DNA from: Candidatus Cloacimonadota bacterium
GTDB taxonomy: Bacteria; Cloacimonadota; Cloacimonadia; G963667145
Length of the DNA: 64,000 nt
Assembly (NCBI GenBank): GCA_963676615.1
Contig: OY781092.1
Location: 864,001-928,000 of the forward strand
Reading direction: 5' to 3'
A model generated the notes under the pieces. The model did not search any database. It had not been told where the DNA came from and saw only the letters and a list, made by a program, of their open reading frames with translations. The stretch's first letter is position 1. Every line of letters begins with the position of its first letter. Positions 52,427 through 62,430 of the stretch are shown piece by piece. The position numbers and the translations under genes were made by a program.

Positions 52427-53365
52427 TTAATCTTCGAAATTTATAAACTTATCAACGACCACGCCGTCAGATTTGCCGCCTTTGAGGTAAACCATCAATT
52501 CGCAAATCAAGCCAATCGAGATGAACTGCACGCCAATCACAGACAGCAAAACCCCCAACATCAAAAGCGGTCTGCCCGAGATGCCCTCAACCAAAAAATA
52601 TTTAATATAAACAAGGTAAAGGCAAATGCCGACTCCTGCCAGCGTCAACAAAAACCCGATGCCGCCAAAAAAGTAGATTGGGCTGCGCTTGTATTTGGTA
52701 ATCACCCGTATCGTCAAAAAGTCCAAAAATCCGCGCAAATAACGCTCAAAGCCATATTTCGATTTGCCGTGCTCCCGTTTGCGATGCTCAACGATCACCT
52801 CGCCACAACTGAAACCCAGCGACTTCGCCAGCACAGGAATATAGCGGTGCATCTCGCCGTAGATGTTCAGATTTTTGACGACCTTCTTCTTATAAGCCTT
52901 AAACCCGCAGTTGTAGTCGTGCAGACGCATTCCAAAAAAACGCGAAACCACGAAATTGAACAGCTTGGACGGCAAAGTTTTGCCCAGCGGATCGAACCGC
53001 TTTTTCTTCCAGCCGCTAGCCATATCGTAGCCTTCATCCAGCTTTTGCAAAAAATTTTTAATCTCCTTGGGATTGTCCTGCAAATCGGCGTCCATCGTAA
53101 TCACCACATCGCCTTTGGCAATATCAAACCCCTTTTGAATCGCAGCCGCTTTGCCAAAATTCCGCTGAAATTTAATCACCTGCACCTTTTTATCCTGCCC
53201 AGCCAGCTCACACATCCGCGCAAAACTGGCGTCTTTCGAGCCATCATCGATAAAAATGATGTTATAATCAAAGCCATCTGGAATATTTTGCCGAATTTCA
53301 TCGCACAAAATTCCCAGCGTCTCTTGCTCGTCCAGCACCGAAATAATAAACGAAATCAGTTTCAA
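52427..53365 (-). CDS. GT2 polyprenyl-phosphate glycosyltransferase (DPM1/GtrB/ArnC-like)
   Basis: IDDGSKD, RNFGKAAA, MDADLQD, DYNCGFK, HRYIP, two C-terminal TM helices. Confidence 0.92.
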   Translation of the reverse strand: MKLISFIISVLDEQETLGILCDEIRQNIPDGFDYNIIFIDDGSKDASFARMCELAGQDKKVQVIKFQRNFGKAAAIQKGFDIAKGDVVITMDADLQDNPKEIKNFLQKLDEGYDMASGWKKKRFDPLGKTLPSKLFNFVVSRFFGMRLHDYNCGFKAYKKKVVKNLNIYGEMHRYIPVLAKSLGFSCGEVIVEHRKREHGKSKYGFERYLRGFLDFLTIRVITKYKRSPIYFFGGIGFLLTLAGVGICLYLVYIKYFLVEGISGRPLLMLGVLLSVIGVQFISIGLICELMVYLKGGKSDGVVVDKFINFED

Positions 53366-53976
53366 AATTGTCCTCCAATTCTCAAAAGCAAACTCATCAC
53401 AACCCCCGCGGCTATGGGCATCTTCAGGTTATCGTCGATTTTGGTTGGAATCAGCTCGGCGACACTCGCAGCAAACGCTCCAGAAGCGCAAACTGTCCAA
53501 AAACCACACAATCCGCCAGCCAAACTGCGACTAGCAAAAAAATAGGCAATCGCCAAACAACCAAAAAAGCACGCAAGCGAGCCTTCCAAACTTTTTTTGC
53601 CCAGTTTTATCCTGCCAAACTTTTTGCCAATCAAAGCCGCTAGCGAATCGCCAAGCGACAAAAAACTCAGCGACAAAAAAGCGACCTCTCCCGAAAAAAA
53701 AATCACGCAAACCAAACACGAAACCAAAAGATAAAAAGAGCCAGCCAGTCCGCCAGACTTCTCGTGATCACGCAAAATGTGCCCAAAAATATCGTCTAGC
53801 CACCTGCCAATTTTGCAATCTCTGCGCCGTAAAAATTCGTAACCAAAAAAAACGGCAAAAACAACCGCAATCCAAAACAAAGCGACTTTTTTATCGTAAT
53901 CCAGCCAATATTTATACCCAAACGGAATCAGCAACGAACTCAAATGTATAGACTTACGCAAAATTTCTTGCTTCAT
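53362..53976 (-). CDS. CTP-dependent polyprenol/dolichol/phytol kinase-family membrane protein
   Basis: EILRKSIH, LRDHE, GDSLAALIG, KKSLEGS, DDN. Start moved to ATG 53976, just after the secA stop. Confidence 0.85.
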   Translation of the reverse strand: MKQEILRKSIHLSSLLIPFGYKYWLDYDKKVALFWIAVVFAVFFGYEFLRRRDCKIGRWLDDIFGHILRDHEKSGGLAGSFYLLVSCLVCVIFFSGEVAFLSLSFLSLGDSLAALIGKKFGRIKLGKKSLEGSLACFFGCLAIAYFFASRSLAGGLCGFWTVCASGAFAASVAELIPTKIDDNLKMPIAAGVVMSLLLRIGGQF

Positions 53977-53980
53977 TTTT

Positions 53981-56900
53981 TTAGTCGTTCTTCCCGCAAC
54001 ATTTTTTGTATTTCTTCCCGCTGCCACAAGGACACGGGTCGTTTCGCCCAATTTTTTCCTCGTTCACCCGCTGCTTTGTTGCAGGCGCATCGCCGCCATT
54101 TGGGCTATAAGCCGAGCTGTTCGAGTGCGTCAGATTCAGATTTCCCTGCGCAGGCATCGCCGAATGTTGCCGCGCCACCACACGAAAGATAAACACCTTT
54201 TTGGCGACCGTCTCCGTGATATTCGCCAGCAGCTCCTCAAAAAGCTTGAAGCTCTCTTTTTTATACTCAATCAAAGGATCGCGCTGTCCATACGAGCGCA
54301 AGCCGATACCCTCTTTCAGCGAGTCCATCTCGTGCAGATGCTCACGATACAACTCGTCCACCGTCTCCAGCAAAACAAACCGTTCAATCTGCTCCACCAT
54401 CTGCTCGCCCATCTCCTGCACACGCTGCTCATACGCCGCCAAAACATCCGCCTGCAGCTTTTGTTCCACATCCTCCACCTCATAATCCGCCTGACTCAGC
54501 TTTAGATCCAGCTCTCGTTCAATCTTCGCCAGCAAACCATCGACATCGATTTTGCCATCGCTATGCGTGAACTCACCAACCGCATTATAGACAAAATCTT
54601 CGACAAACTCCAAAATCTCGGGGCGAACGCTCTTGCCCTCGAGCACCTTCTTGCGATAAGAGTAGATGATCTCGCGCTGACTGCTGCCCACTTGGTCATA
54701 CTCCAGCAAATTTTTCCGAATCTGGAAGTTATGCGACTCCACTCGCTTTTGAGCCTTCTCCACCGAACGATTCATCCACGGATGATAAATCGCCTCGCCA
54801 TCTCGAAGCCCCAGCCGTTTCATCATCGGCGCAATCCGATCCGAGCCAAAAAGCCGCATCAAATTATCCTCTAGCGACAGATAAAACCGCGAAGTTCCCG
54901 GGTCGCCCTGCCGTCCTGCACGACCTCGCAACTGGCGATCTATCCGCCGAGACTCGTGCCGCTCTGTGCCAATCACATGCAAACCGTCCATCATTTTGCC
55001 ATACGGAAAATCGTCGCTGATTTTTTTGCTAAACCCTTTGCGATAGCTTTCTTTGGGCATCGAAATCACGCCCTGACCGAGCTTGATATCCGTTCCACGA
55101 CCAGCCATGTTCGTGGCAATCGTCACCGCGCCTGGCTCTCCAGCCTTAGCGACAATCTCCGCCTCTTTCTGATTTTTCTTGGCGTTAAGCACATTATGCG
55201 GTATCTTGCGCCTTTTGAGCATCTTAGACAAAAGCTCCGAAACATCCACCGAAACAGTTCCGACCAAAACAGGCTTCTCCATCTTGTGCCAATAAACCAC
55301 CTCGTCGATCACCGCCTGAAACTTCTCGTTCTTCGTCAAATAAATCATATCGTCATAATCGACCCGCGTAATCGGCACATTCGTCGGCACCTCCAGCACC
55401 GGCAAATTATAAATCTCGCCAAACTCCTTCGCCTCTGTAACCGCCGTTCCAGTCATTCCCGAAATTTTATTATAAAGCCGAAAATAGTTCTGAATCGTCA
55501 CCGTTGCAAAAGTTTGCGACGCCTTCTCAATGCGCACACTCTCCTTCGCCTCAATCGCCTGATGAAGCCCCTCGGAAAACCGCCTGCCGGGCATCAAACG
55601 CCCAGTAAACTCATCCACAATCATCACCTTGCCGTCCTGCACCACATACTCCTCGTCCTTGTTGAAAAGCGCGTAGGCCTTGAGCAGCTGGTCGATATTG
55701 TGCAACTTCTCGTTCTTATCCAAAAACCGCTCCGAAATCTCCTCTTTGCGCTCGATTTTTTCCGCATCAGAAAGGCTACTATCGCCATCAACCTTCAGCA
55801 AAGCCTCATCCAGCGAATCCACCAAAAACAAATCGCTCTCCAACTCGCCAATCACCGCCTGCCCCTTCTCGCTCAAATGACAAGAATGACCTCGCTCATC
55901 CACCACAAAATAAAGCTGCTCATCAAACTCGTGCATCTTCTTATCCCGAATCGCCACATTCTCCGCATTCACCAGCGCCTGCTTAAACGCAGGATCTTTT
56001 TGCAACTTCAAAAACGCCTTCCGCTTGGGCAACGCCCTTTTTATCTTCAGCAAAATCCTGCCAACTTCCTCGCTCTGGCTACTCACATCAAGCCCATTCA
56101 CCTCTTTCAAAAACTCGCTCACCAAATCTCGCTGCAACCGAAAAAGACGCGAAATCGTCGGTTTAAACTCCGCAAAAAAGTTCTTACTCTCTGGCACAGG
56201 TCCGCTGATAATAAGCGGCGTGCGCGCCTCGTCAATCAAGACGCTATCTACCTCATCGATAATCGCATAGTTCAACTTTTTCTGCACCAGCTGGCTCTTG
56301 TCCACCGCCATATTATCCCGCAAATAATCGAAACCAAACTCGCTGTTCGTGCCATAAACCACATCGCAAGCGTAAATCTCCTGCTTATCCTGCGGCTCCA
56401 TCATATTTTGCAAACAACCAACCGAAAAACCGTGATACTCAAAAACTGGCGACATCCACTGCGAGTCCCGCTTCGCCAAATAATCGTTCACCGTCACCAA
56501 ATGCGCGCCATCTCCCGTCATCGCGTTCAAAAACAAAGGCAACACCGCCACCAGTGTCTTTCCCTCTCCCGTTGCCATCTCCGCAATCTCGCCGTCGTGC
56601 AACGCAATTCCGCCAATCAACTGCACATCAAAAGGCACCATATCCCACACCTGCTGATGCTCCACAACCTGATAACTATGCCCCTTGAGCCGCCGACAAG
56701 TCTCCTTCACAAAAGCAAAAACCTCTGGCAAATATCCGTCCAAAACCTTCTTCGTCTGCTGCTTTAGGCGCGTCTGCTGCCGATTTAGAGCGTCGTGTGT
56801 CGCATCCGTCTTCTTCTGCAAATATTCCTCTTCCAGCTCCGCCAAAAGCCCCTTTTCCGCCTCCAATCTCTTTTGAATATCGTCCTTAATCTTCTGCAAA

Positions 56901-57037
56901 TTCGCCCGAAAATCTTCGTCGGACAAACCCTGCAAAGAGCCATAAATCTCGTTTATTTTCTCCACAATGGGATAGATAGACTTAAGTTTTTTGGCAGACC
57001 TATCGCCAAAAACTTTTTCAATCATCGATTTTAACAT
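53981..57037 (-). CDS. secA: Preprotein translocase SecA
   Basis: EMATGEGKT, DEVDS, ATNMAGRGTDI, QLRGRAGRQGDPG, C-terminal GRNDPCPCGSGKKYKKC. Confidence 0.99.
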   Translation of the reverse strand: MLKSMIEKVFGDRSAKKLKSIYPIVEKINEIYGSLQGLSDEDFRANLQKIKDDIQKRLEAEKGLLAELEEEYLQKKTDATHDALNRQQTRLKQQTKKVLDGYLPEVFAFVKETCRRLKGHSYQVVEHQQVWDMVPFDVQLIGGIALHDGEIAEMATGEGKTLVAVLPLFLNAMTGDGAHLVTVNDYLAKRDSQWMSPVFEYHGFSVGCLQNMMEPQDKQEIYACDVVYGTNSEFGFDYLRDNMAVDKSQLVQKKLNYAIIDEVDSVLIDEARTPLIISGPVPESKNFFAEFKPTISRLFRLQRDLVSEFLKEVNGLDVSSQSEEVGRILLKIKRALPKRKAFLKLQKDPAFKQALVNAENVAIRDKKMHEFDEQLYFVVDERGHSCHLSEKGQAVIGELESDLFLVDSLDEALLKVDGDSSLSDAEKIERKEEISERFLDKNEKLHNIDQLLKAYALFNKDEEYVVQDGKVMIVDEFTGRLMPGRRFSEGLHQAIEAKESVRIEKASQTFATVTIQNYFRLYNKISGMTGTAVTEAKEFGEIYNLPVLEVPTNVPITRVDYDDMIYLTKNEKFQAVIDEVVYWHKMEKPVLVGTVSVDVSELLSKMLKRRKIPHNVLNAKKNQKEAEIVAKAGEPGAVTIATNMAGRGTDIKLGQGVISMPKESYRKGFSKKISDDFPYGKMMDGLHVIGTERHESRRIDRQLRGRAGRQGDPGTSRFYLSLEDNLMRLFGSDRIAPMMKRLGLRDGEAIYHPWMNRSVEKAQKRVESHNFQIRKNLLEYDQVGSSQREIIYSYRKKVLEGKSVRPEILEFVEDFVYNAVGEFTHSDGKIDVDGLLAKIERELDLKLSQADYEVEDVEQKLQADVLAAYEQRVQEMGEQMVEQIERFVLLETVDELYREHLHEMDSLKEGIGLRSYGQRDPLIEYKKESFKLFEELLANITETVAKKVFIFRVVARQHSAMPAQGNLNLTHSNSSAYSPNGGDAPATKQRVNEEKIGRNDPCPCGSGKKYKKCCGKND

Positions 57038-57130
57038 ACAATTTCCCCTAATTTCATAGGGTAAGCTTGATTTAAAGGGCGCAAAGTCAAGAGTTTTTTT
57101 GGTTTAATTCTCATTTGAGTTTTGGGAAAA

Positions 57131-57167
57131 TTTAGGTTAATTTACAGAAAAACTAAATCAACCTAAA
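57131..57167. terminator. AT-rich stem-loop downstream of the radical SAM gene
   Basis: TTTAGGTTAATTTA...TAAATCAACCTAAA, 13/14 inverted repeat. Confidence 0.5.
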
Positions 57168-57226
57168 AATTTAAGAAAAAAAAGAACAGACAAAAATCAT
57201 CTTCTCAAAATAAGATCCAGCAGCCC

Positions 57227-58135
57227 CTACTTCCCACGTACAAAAGACTGATTGTTGACTAGCGAAATCTCCAGCTCGCCCTCATCTTCCAGCCGAGCAA
57301 CCTCTTTGCCTACAAGGTGCAGATTCGCTCCCAAAATCTTGGCAAGCTCTTGGATTGTGCACGGTCGGCGCTTCACAGTCTGCTTAATCTGCTCGACCAA
57401 ATCGGCGTCCAAAAAATCGACCTCAGACGGCTTTTGCCCTCTGGTCGGCACATCGACAGGAGCGCCCCAATCCCACGAGGCTATCTCCAGCAGGCGCTCA
57501 TACTCCACAGGCTGCACCCAACTTTCCGTGCCCGGGCGATCCAGCGTATTCAGCTGCACCCTATCTGGCGCAATTTTTTTCACCGCTATCATAAGCTTCG
57601 CCAGCTCCGCATCGGTGTCGTTAACGCCAGCCGCCAAAAAAATTTCCAGCCACATTTGACCCAAAAAATCTTTCTGAAACTTCGCCAAATTCTCGACAAT
57701 TTCGCTGGCTAGAACGCCCTTTGCTGGTCTATTGATTTTCTGAAAAACATCCTGACTAACCGCATCCAACGACGGCACCAAAAGATCGACCCGCGGCTCC
57801 AGATACGACGACGAATTTGTAATCATACACAACTTGTATTGCGGATATTTCCGCTTCATAAAATCGGTGATTTTTTCCAGACAAGTGGACAAAGCTGGCT
57901 CGCCGTTCCCCGAAAAAGTCACATAATCGAGCTTCGGATTTTTTTGTAAATACGCATCAAGCTCCCGCAAAACCTCGTCCGTCGGCACCAGCTCCGCCCT
58001 TTTTGTGCTTAGGCAAGTGGTTTTTCCCGACTCGCAATACACGCAATCGAAACTGCAATATTTATAAGGGACAATGTCCACGCCGAGCGAAACTCCCAGT
58101 CGCCGCGACAAAATAGGACCAAAAAGATACTTCAT
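57227..58135 (-). CDS. Radical SAM protein (COG0731-like) with C-terminal HTH-like tail
   Basis: FGPILSRRLGVSLGVD, CSFDCVYC, TFSGNGEP, QLNTLDRP, RRPCT. Confidence 0.85.
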   Translation of the reverse strand: MKYLFGPILSRRLGVSLGVDIVPYKYCSFDCVYCESGKTTCLSTKRAELVPTDEVLRELDAYLQKNPKLDYVTFSGNGEPALSTCLEKITDFMKRKYPQYKLCMITNSSSYLEPRVDLLVPSLDAVSQDVFQKINRPAKGVLASEIVENLAKFQKDFLGQMWLEIFLAAGVNDTDAELAKLMIAVKKIAPDRVQLNTLDRPGTESWVQPVEYERLLEIASWDWGAPVDVPTRGQKPSEVDFLDADLVEQIKQTVKRRPCTIQELAKILGANLHLVGKEVARLEDEGELEISLVNNQSFVRGK

Positions 58136-58169
58136 CAGACAAAACTTTCGCTATTTTTGCTAAAAAAAA

Positions 58170-58451
58170 CTACCGCTTTACGGTCTTGGGGACGCTGAAA
58201 TAGACATCCGAATCTTCGGACTGCGCGTTCGCCAAAGCATCCTTGCGGCTAAGCGAACTCTCCAGTTTGTCGTCGCGCAAATCCGCATAGCCCAAAGCGA
58301 AATCGCTTGGCTGCTCGCCGCTGGGCTGCACTTTGGCGATAACTTTCACATGATTGACAATATCGCCAAAATCTTTGCTAAACTCCTTCAAATCGTCGAA
58401 ATCGATTTTGCAAAGCTCGGCAATCTTCTTAATCTCGTCCATTCCTACCAT
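58170..58451 (-). CDS. gatC: Asp/Glu-tRNA amidotransferase subunit C
   Basis: IKKIAELCKI, LRDD, ALANA...YFSVPK; 93 aa. Confidence 0.85.
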   Translation of the reverse strand: MVGMDEIKKIAELCKIDFDDLKEFSKDFGDIVNHVKVIAKVQPSGEQPSDFALGYADLRDDKLESSLSRKDALANAQSEDSDVYFSVPKTVKR

Positions 58452-58473
58452 TTTCTCGTCCTCTTTTTTTCCA

Positions 58474-59013
58474 TCAAGGATTCAACTTCACATTCATCGG
58501 ATTATCTTTGCTCAAAATATACTCGCCCACATAATCGACGCTGTCGGCAAGCCAAACCGCAATCTGCTGACTCTCCAGCTGTGATGCGCTCTCCTTTTCG
58601 GCTTGCGTATTTTTATTTTTCTCAAGTAAAGGATCGACCTGAAAATTGCGGTGAATGTAGCTCGTTGCAAAAATCATCAAGCCAATCACTACCAAAATCG
58701 GCAGACCATACAAAACCCACTTGGTTGACCAAAAACTTTTGGAATGGTCAAAATCGCCAAGAGTCCGCTTGATCTCGCGCGCCGTGCAATGATTTGCGTC
58801 GAAGGCGTCCAAAATCTTGTCGGTGTCCGCTCCGATGACCCTGGCATAAGTGTAAACGAAATTGCGTGCCAGCGTCCCTTTTTGGTAATAATCTGGGTCG
58901 TCAGACTCTATCAAAGCAAGAGTTTCCAAAGAGATCCGAGTCGCCAAAGCGACCTCCTCAAGGCTCTTTCCAACGGCCTTTCTATGCTGGACTAACAACT
59001 CTCCAACGCTCAC
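58474..59013 (-). CDS. RodZ-like HTH membrane protein
   Basis: VGELL..HR...SLEEVALATRI...LALIE...NFVYTYARVIG followed by one TM helix; short C-terminus. Confidence 0.75.
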   Translation of the reverse strand: MSVGELLVQHRKAVGKSLEEVALATRISLETLALIESDDPDYYQKGTLARNFVYTYARVIGADTDKILDAFDANHCTAREIKRTLGDFDHSKSFWSTKWVLYGLPILVVIGLMIFATSYIHRNFQVDPLLEKNKNTQAEKESASQLESQQIAVWLADSVDYVGEYILSKDNPMNVKLNP

Positions 59014-59142
59014 AGAATCTCCCTAAATTCAAAATCAAGATAAAAAAAAGGAGCAAAATCGATTAACTTTCTGCCAAAAAAATGTATCGCCTAAACCAAA
59101 AAGCTAACCAAACTTCAATCTCCTAAAAATTTTAAAAAAAAA

Positions 59143-59218
59143 TGGTGGACCCAAGTGGATTCGAACCACTGACCGTCCGGTTATGAGCCGGAAGCTCTAC
59201 CAACTGAGCTATAGGTCC
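59143..59218 (-). tRNA. tRNA with CAT anticodon, most likely tRNA-Ile2 (lysidine-modified)
   Basis: GGACCTATAGCTCAGTTGGTAGAGCTTCCGGCTCATAACCGGACGGTCAGTGGTTCGAATCCACTTGGGTCCACCA; 76-nt cloverleaf with encoded CCA. G1:C72 pair and no GGG:CCC anticodon stem exclude fMet; GGACC acceptor stem resembles Ile2. Confidence 0.93.
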
Positions 59219-59344
59219 TTTTTGCGATGTTAACGCTATGCAAAGCAAAATTTTCCCCTGCAGGTGTCAAGGAAAAATCAGCAGCAATTTGAAATCGCAA
59301 AAATCGCAAAATTTCTGATAATTTCGCCAATTTTACAAAAAAAA

Positions 59345-60241
59345 TCAGCTCCGAAATAAATCTGTCGAGAGGTATCTGTCGCCGCGGTCGGTCAAGACTG
59401 TAACGATAGTCCCTTTTTGCAATTTTTCGGCTATCTGCACGGCTCCCAAAACATTCGCCCCCGAACTCATTCCCACAAAAAGCCCCTCGTCCCTAGCCAA
59501 ACGGCGTGTCATCGCAAAAGCCTGATGGCAGTAAACATTGCGCACTTCGTCGAGCTTCTTTGCGTCATAAATCTTCGGCTGCACAGACTCCACCATATTT
59601 TTCAACCCCTGCAAATTGTGCTTCAACTGCGGCTCCAGCCCCACAATTTTGATGTTTTCGTCTTTCTCTTTGAAAAAACTGCTGCAGCCCATCAAAGTCC
59701 CCGTTGAGCCCATTCCAGCGACAAAATAGTCGATATCGCCCTCCAGCTGCTCATAAATCTCGGGCGCCGTTCCCAGATAGTGCGACAGCGGATTTGCGGG
59801 ATTGCCAAACTGATTGGGATAAAAATATTTCTCCGGCTCTTTCTGCAAAATCTCTTGCAAAAGCTCAATCGCTCCGTCCGTGCCTTTATCTTTGGCGGAC
59901 AAAACCACATCGACTCCAAAACCTTGCAAAATCTGCACCCGCTCTTTGCTCACGGCGCTGCTCATCACGATTTTGCACTTATAGCCAAGATGCGAGGCAA
60001 GCATCGCCAAAGCCAAGCCCGTGTTGCCCGAAGTCGCTTCAATAATCGTCTTCTCTTTGCTCAGGCTCCCGTCTTTCAACCCTTTTCGGATCATCATCGC
60101 CGCGGGTCTATCTTTTATCGAACCGCCAGGATTCATAAACTCCAACTTGGCGTAAATCTTCACCGCAGAATTCGGCTCAAGATTTTTTAGCCGCAGCAAA
60201 GGCGTCTTGCCGATGCAATCCAGCAAACTAGCTATGCGCAT
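59345..60241 (-). CDS. Cysteine synthase family PLP enzyme (CysK/CysM-like)
   Basis: NPGGSIKDR, EATSGNTG, NQFGNPAN, GMGSTGT, GMSSGAN, DRGDRYLS. Confidence 0.93.
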   Translation of the reverse strand: MRIASLLDCIGKTPLLRLKNLEPNSAVKIYAKLEFMNPGGSIKDRPAAMMIRKGLKDGSLSKEKTIIEATSGNTGLALAMLASHLGYKCKIVMSSAVSKERVQILQGFGVDVVLSAKDKGTDGAIELLQEILQKEPEKYFYPNQFGNPANPLSHYLGTAPEIYEQLEGDIDYFVAGMGSTGTLMGCSSFFKEKDENIKIVGLEPQLKHNLQGLKNMVESVQPKIYDAKKLDEVRNVYCHQAFAMTRRLARDEGLFVGMSSGANVLGAVQIAEKLQKGTIVTVLTDRGDRYLSTDLFRS

Positions 60242-60644
60242 TGGCTTTGTAATCCTTTAATCCCGCAAAAGTTTTGCCGCTTTTTTGGCTATAATCCCAA
60301 ATCGCAGCCTTAATCGCATCTTCGGCGAGCACCGAACAGTGCACCTTTTCCGTGGGCAAACCGCCAAGAGCTTCCAGTGCGTCCTTATTTTTGAACTTCA
60401 GCGCCTGTTCAACGCTTTTGCCAATAAGCATCGTCGAAGCGATCGAAGACGACGCCACAGCCGCACCGCAGCCGTATGTCTGGAACTTCAAATCGGTGAT
60501 AATCTGATTCTCGTCCACCTTGATATAAATCTTCATCACATCGCCGCACTGAGCGCTGCCAATCTCGCCAACACCGTCGGCGTCCTCTATCTTCCCCACA
60601 TTTCGCGGATTTTGGAAATGGTCTAAAACTTTATCCGAATACAT
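60228..60644 (-). CDS. iscU: Fe-S cluster scaffold IscU/NifU-N
   Basis: YSDKVLDHFQNPRNVG, CGD, TYGCGAA, KVHCS. Confidence 0.95.
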   Translation of the reverse strand: MYSDKVLDHFQNPRNVGKIEDADGVGEIGSAQCGDVMKIYIKVDENQIITDLKFQTYGCGAAVASSSIASTMLIGKSVEQALKFKNKDALEALGGLPTEKVHCSVLAEDAIKAAIWDYSQKSGKTFAGLKDYKANAHS

Positions 60645-60671
60645 CGTTTTCTCCTTAAAAAATTTTTGGCA

Positions 60672-61826
60672 TCAATCGCAAAGCGGCGACATCACTCGCA
60701 GCCTCTTGACGCTTTTTTTCAAAACTTCCACAACTTTATCCACCTCTTGCAAAGTGTTAAAATGCCCAACAGACAGCCGCAAAGAGCCGTGCGAGAGCAT
60801 ATCTGGCACACCCATTGCCGCAAGAACATGCGAGGCTCCCGCAGAGCCAGTCGTGCAAGCAGAGCCCGTCGAAGCGTAAATATTGGCAAAATTCAAGTCC
60901 AGAACAATCGCCTCTCCCTCGACAAACTCGAAGCAAAAACTGGCAATCCCGCTGTGTCTTTTTTGGGGATGCCCAGTGAGCACCACATTATCTATCTGAC
61001 TGGTCACCCGCGCGATAAGCTCGCTGCTAAGCTTTTGCAAATGCTCACAATGCGCCTTCTGATTTTTGCTCAAAAGCTCCACCGCCTTGGCAAATCCCAC
61101 AATTCCGGGAATGTTCTCCGTGCCAGCACGCTTTTTTCGCTCCTGCGCACCGCCGTCCATATACGGCAAAATATTCACCCGCTCATCGACAAACAGCGCT
61201 CCGACGCCTTTTGGACCATACACCTTGTGAGCCGAAAAACTCGCCAAATCGACGCCCAGCTTCTTCACATCAATCGGCAAAACGCCCAGAGCCTGCACCG
61301 CATCTGTATGCAAAAGCGCTCCCGCATTATGCGCAATCTTGGCAATCTGCTCAATCTCCTGCACCGTGCCGACCTCGTTGTTCACCATCATCACCGAAAC
61401 CAGCGTCGTCTGCGCGTCCACCTCCCGCTCAAGCTGCTCAAGATTTACCTGCCCGAACTCGTTCACATCCAGATACACCACCTGAAAACCCTCTGCCTGC
61501 AAAGCCTCGAACGAATGCAAAACGGCGTGATGCTCAATTTTGGTCGTAATCAACTTTTTCCCTTTAGCAGCAAGCCCCCGTGCCACGCTCTTAATCGCCC
61601 AATTATCGCTCTCTGTGCCGCCAGAAGTGAAAAAAAGCTCCTGAGGCTTTGCGCCAATAAACTCAGCCACAACCTTGCGAGCCTCCGCCAAAAGCGCCCC
61701 AGCGTCTGCCCCCAACTTATAATAGATGCTCGAGGCGTTCCCATAATTTTGCTCAAAACACGGAATCATCGCCTGCACGACCTCGCTCCGCACCCGCGTC
61801 GTAGCGGAATTATCCATATAAATCAT
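60672..61826 (-). CDS. iscS: Cysteine desulfurase IscS/NifS
   Basis: YMDNSATT, FTSGGTESDN, HTDAVQ, SAHKVYGPKG, STGSAC. Confidence 0.96.
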   Translation of the reverse strand: MIYMDNSATTRVRSEVVQAMIPCFEQNYGNASSIYYKLGADAGALLAEARKVVAEFIGAKPQELFFTSGGTESDNWAIKSVARGLAAKGKKLITTKIEHHAVLHSFEALQAEGFQVVYLDVNEFGQVNLEQLEREVDAQTTLVSVMMVNNEVGTVQEIEQIAKIAHNAGALLHTDAVQALGVLPIDVKKLGVDLASFSAHKVYGPKGVGALFVDERVNILPYMDGGAQERKKRAGTENIPGIVGFAKAVELLSKNQKAHCEHLQKLSSELIARVTSQIDNVVLTGHPQKRHSGIASFCFEFVEGEAIVLDLNFANIYASTGSACTTGSAGASHVLAAMGVPDMLSHGSLRLSVGHFNTLQEVDKVVEVLKKSVKRLRVMSPLCD

Positions 61827-61838
61827 CGTCTCTCCTTG

Positions 61839-62234
61839 TCAATCTTCCAACAAATCTTGCAGCGTCGTGCTGTCGATTACATTTTTTATGCTCGCGTAAA
61901 TCTTGCGAAACGCCTTATTCGTCAGGCAATCCGTCTGCTTATCGCACTGCTGCCGCGCACCCACACACTCGATAGGAAACATATCGTCCTCCAGCGAGCG
62001 CAAAATCTCACCCACAGTAATCTCTTTTGCAGCTCTCGCCAACCGATACCCGCCGTATTTCCCCCGTTTGCTCTCCAAAATTCCAGACTTCTTCAGCTTT
62101 GCCGCCAACTGCTCCAGATAGCTCAGCGAAATCTCCTGCTGCTTTGCCACGGTCTGCAACGAAAGCGGCTCTTTGGAAGCGGCAATATGCGCCACAGCCC
62201 GCAAACCGTATCTGCTTTTGGTCGAAAAATTCAT
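61839..62234 (-). CDS. Rrf2-family regulator, IscR-like
   Basis: STKSRYGLRA, SYLEQL, RGKYGGY, three C-terminal Cys (C-x6-C-x5-C); first gene of the isc cluster. Confidence 0.92.
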   Translation of the reverse strand: MNFSTKSRYGLRAVAHIAASKEPLSLQTVAKQQEISLSYLEQLAAKLKKSGILESKRGKYGGYRLARAAKEITVGEILRSLEDDMFPIECVGARQQCDKQTDCLTNKAFRKIYASIKNVIDSTTLQDLLED

Positions 62235-62263
62235 CCGCTCTCCTTCAATTTTCTTCCAGTTTT

Positions 62264-62288
62264 AATTCCCACTATTTTTGTCAAGAAT
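62264..62288 (-). promoter_or_regulatory. Putative IscR/Rrf2 operator overlapping a TTGACA -35 box
   Basis: Minus strand ATTCTTGACAAAAATAGTGGGAATT matches 19/25 positions of the IscR type-1 pattern ATASYYGACTRWWWYAGTCRRSTAT by manual alignment. Confidence 0.6.
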
Positions 62289-62430
62289 TAACTTCACTTT
62301 TGACTTTCCAAAAAATTTCAAAAACTAAAAGAGCTTGACACAAAACTGCGCTATGCGATAATTCTTCTGTTTAGTCAGCGTCTAAATTCGCTGCAAAAAA
62401 ATCGTCATCCGAAATTTAAGGAGGGTAAAA

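Noticed and set aside
59143..59218. tRNA-Met/fMet call, or tRNA as an integration site
   Set aside because: It lacks initiator features and resembles Ile2; no integrase or duplicated tRNA 3' end was seen in the window.
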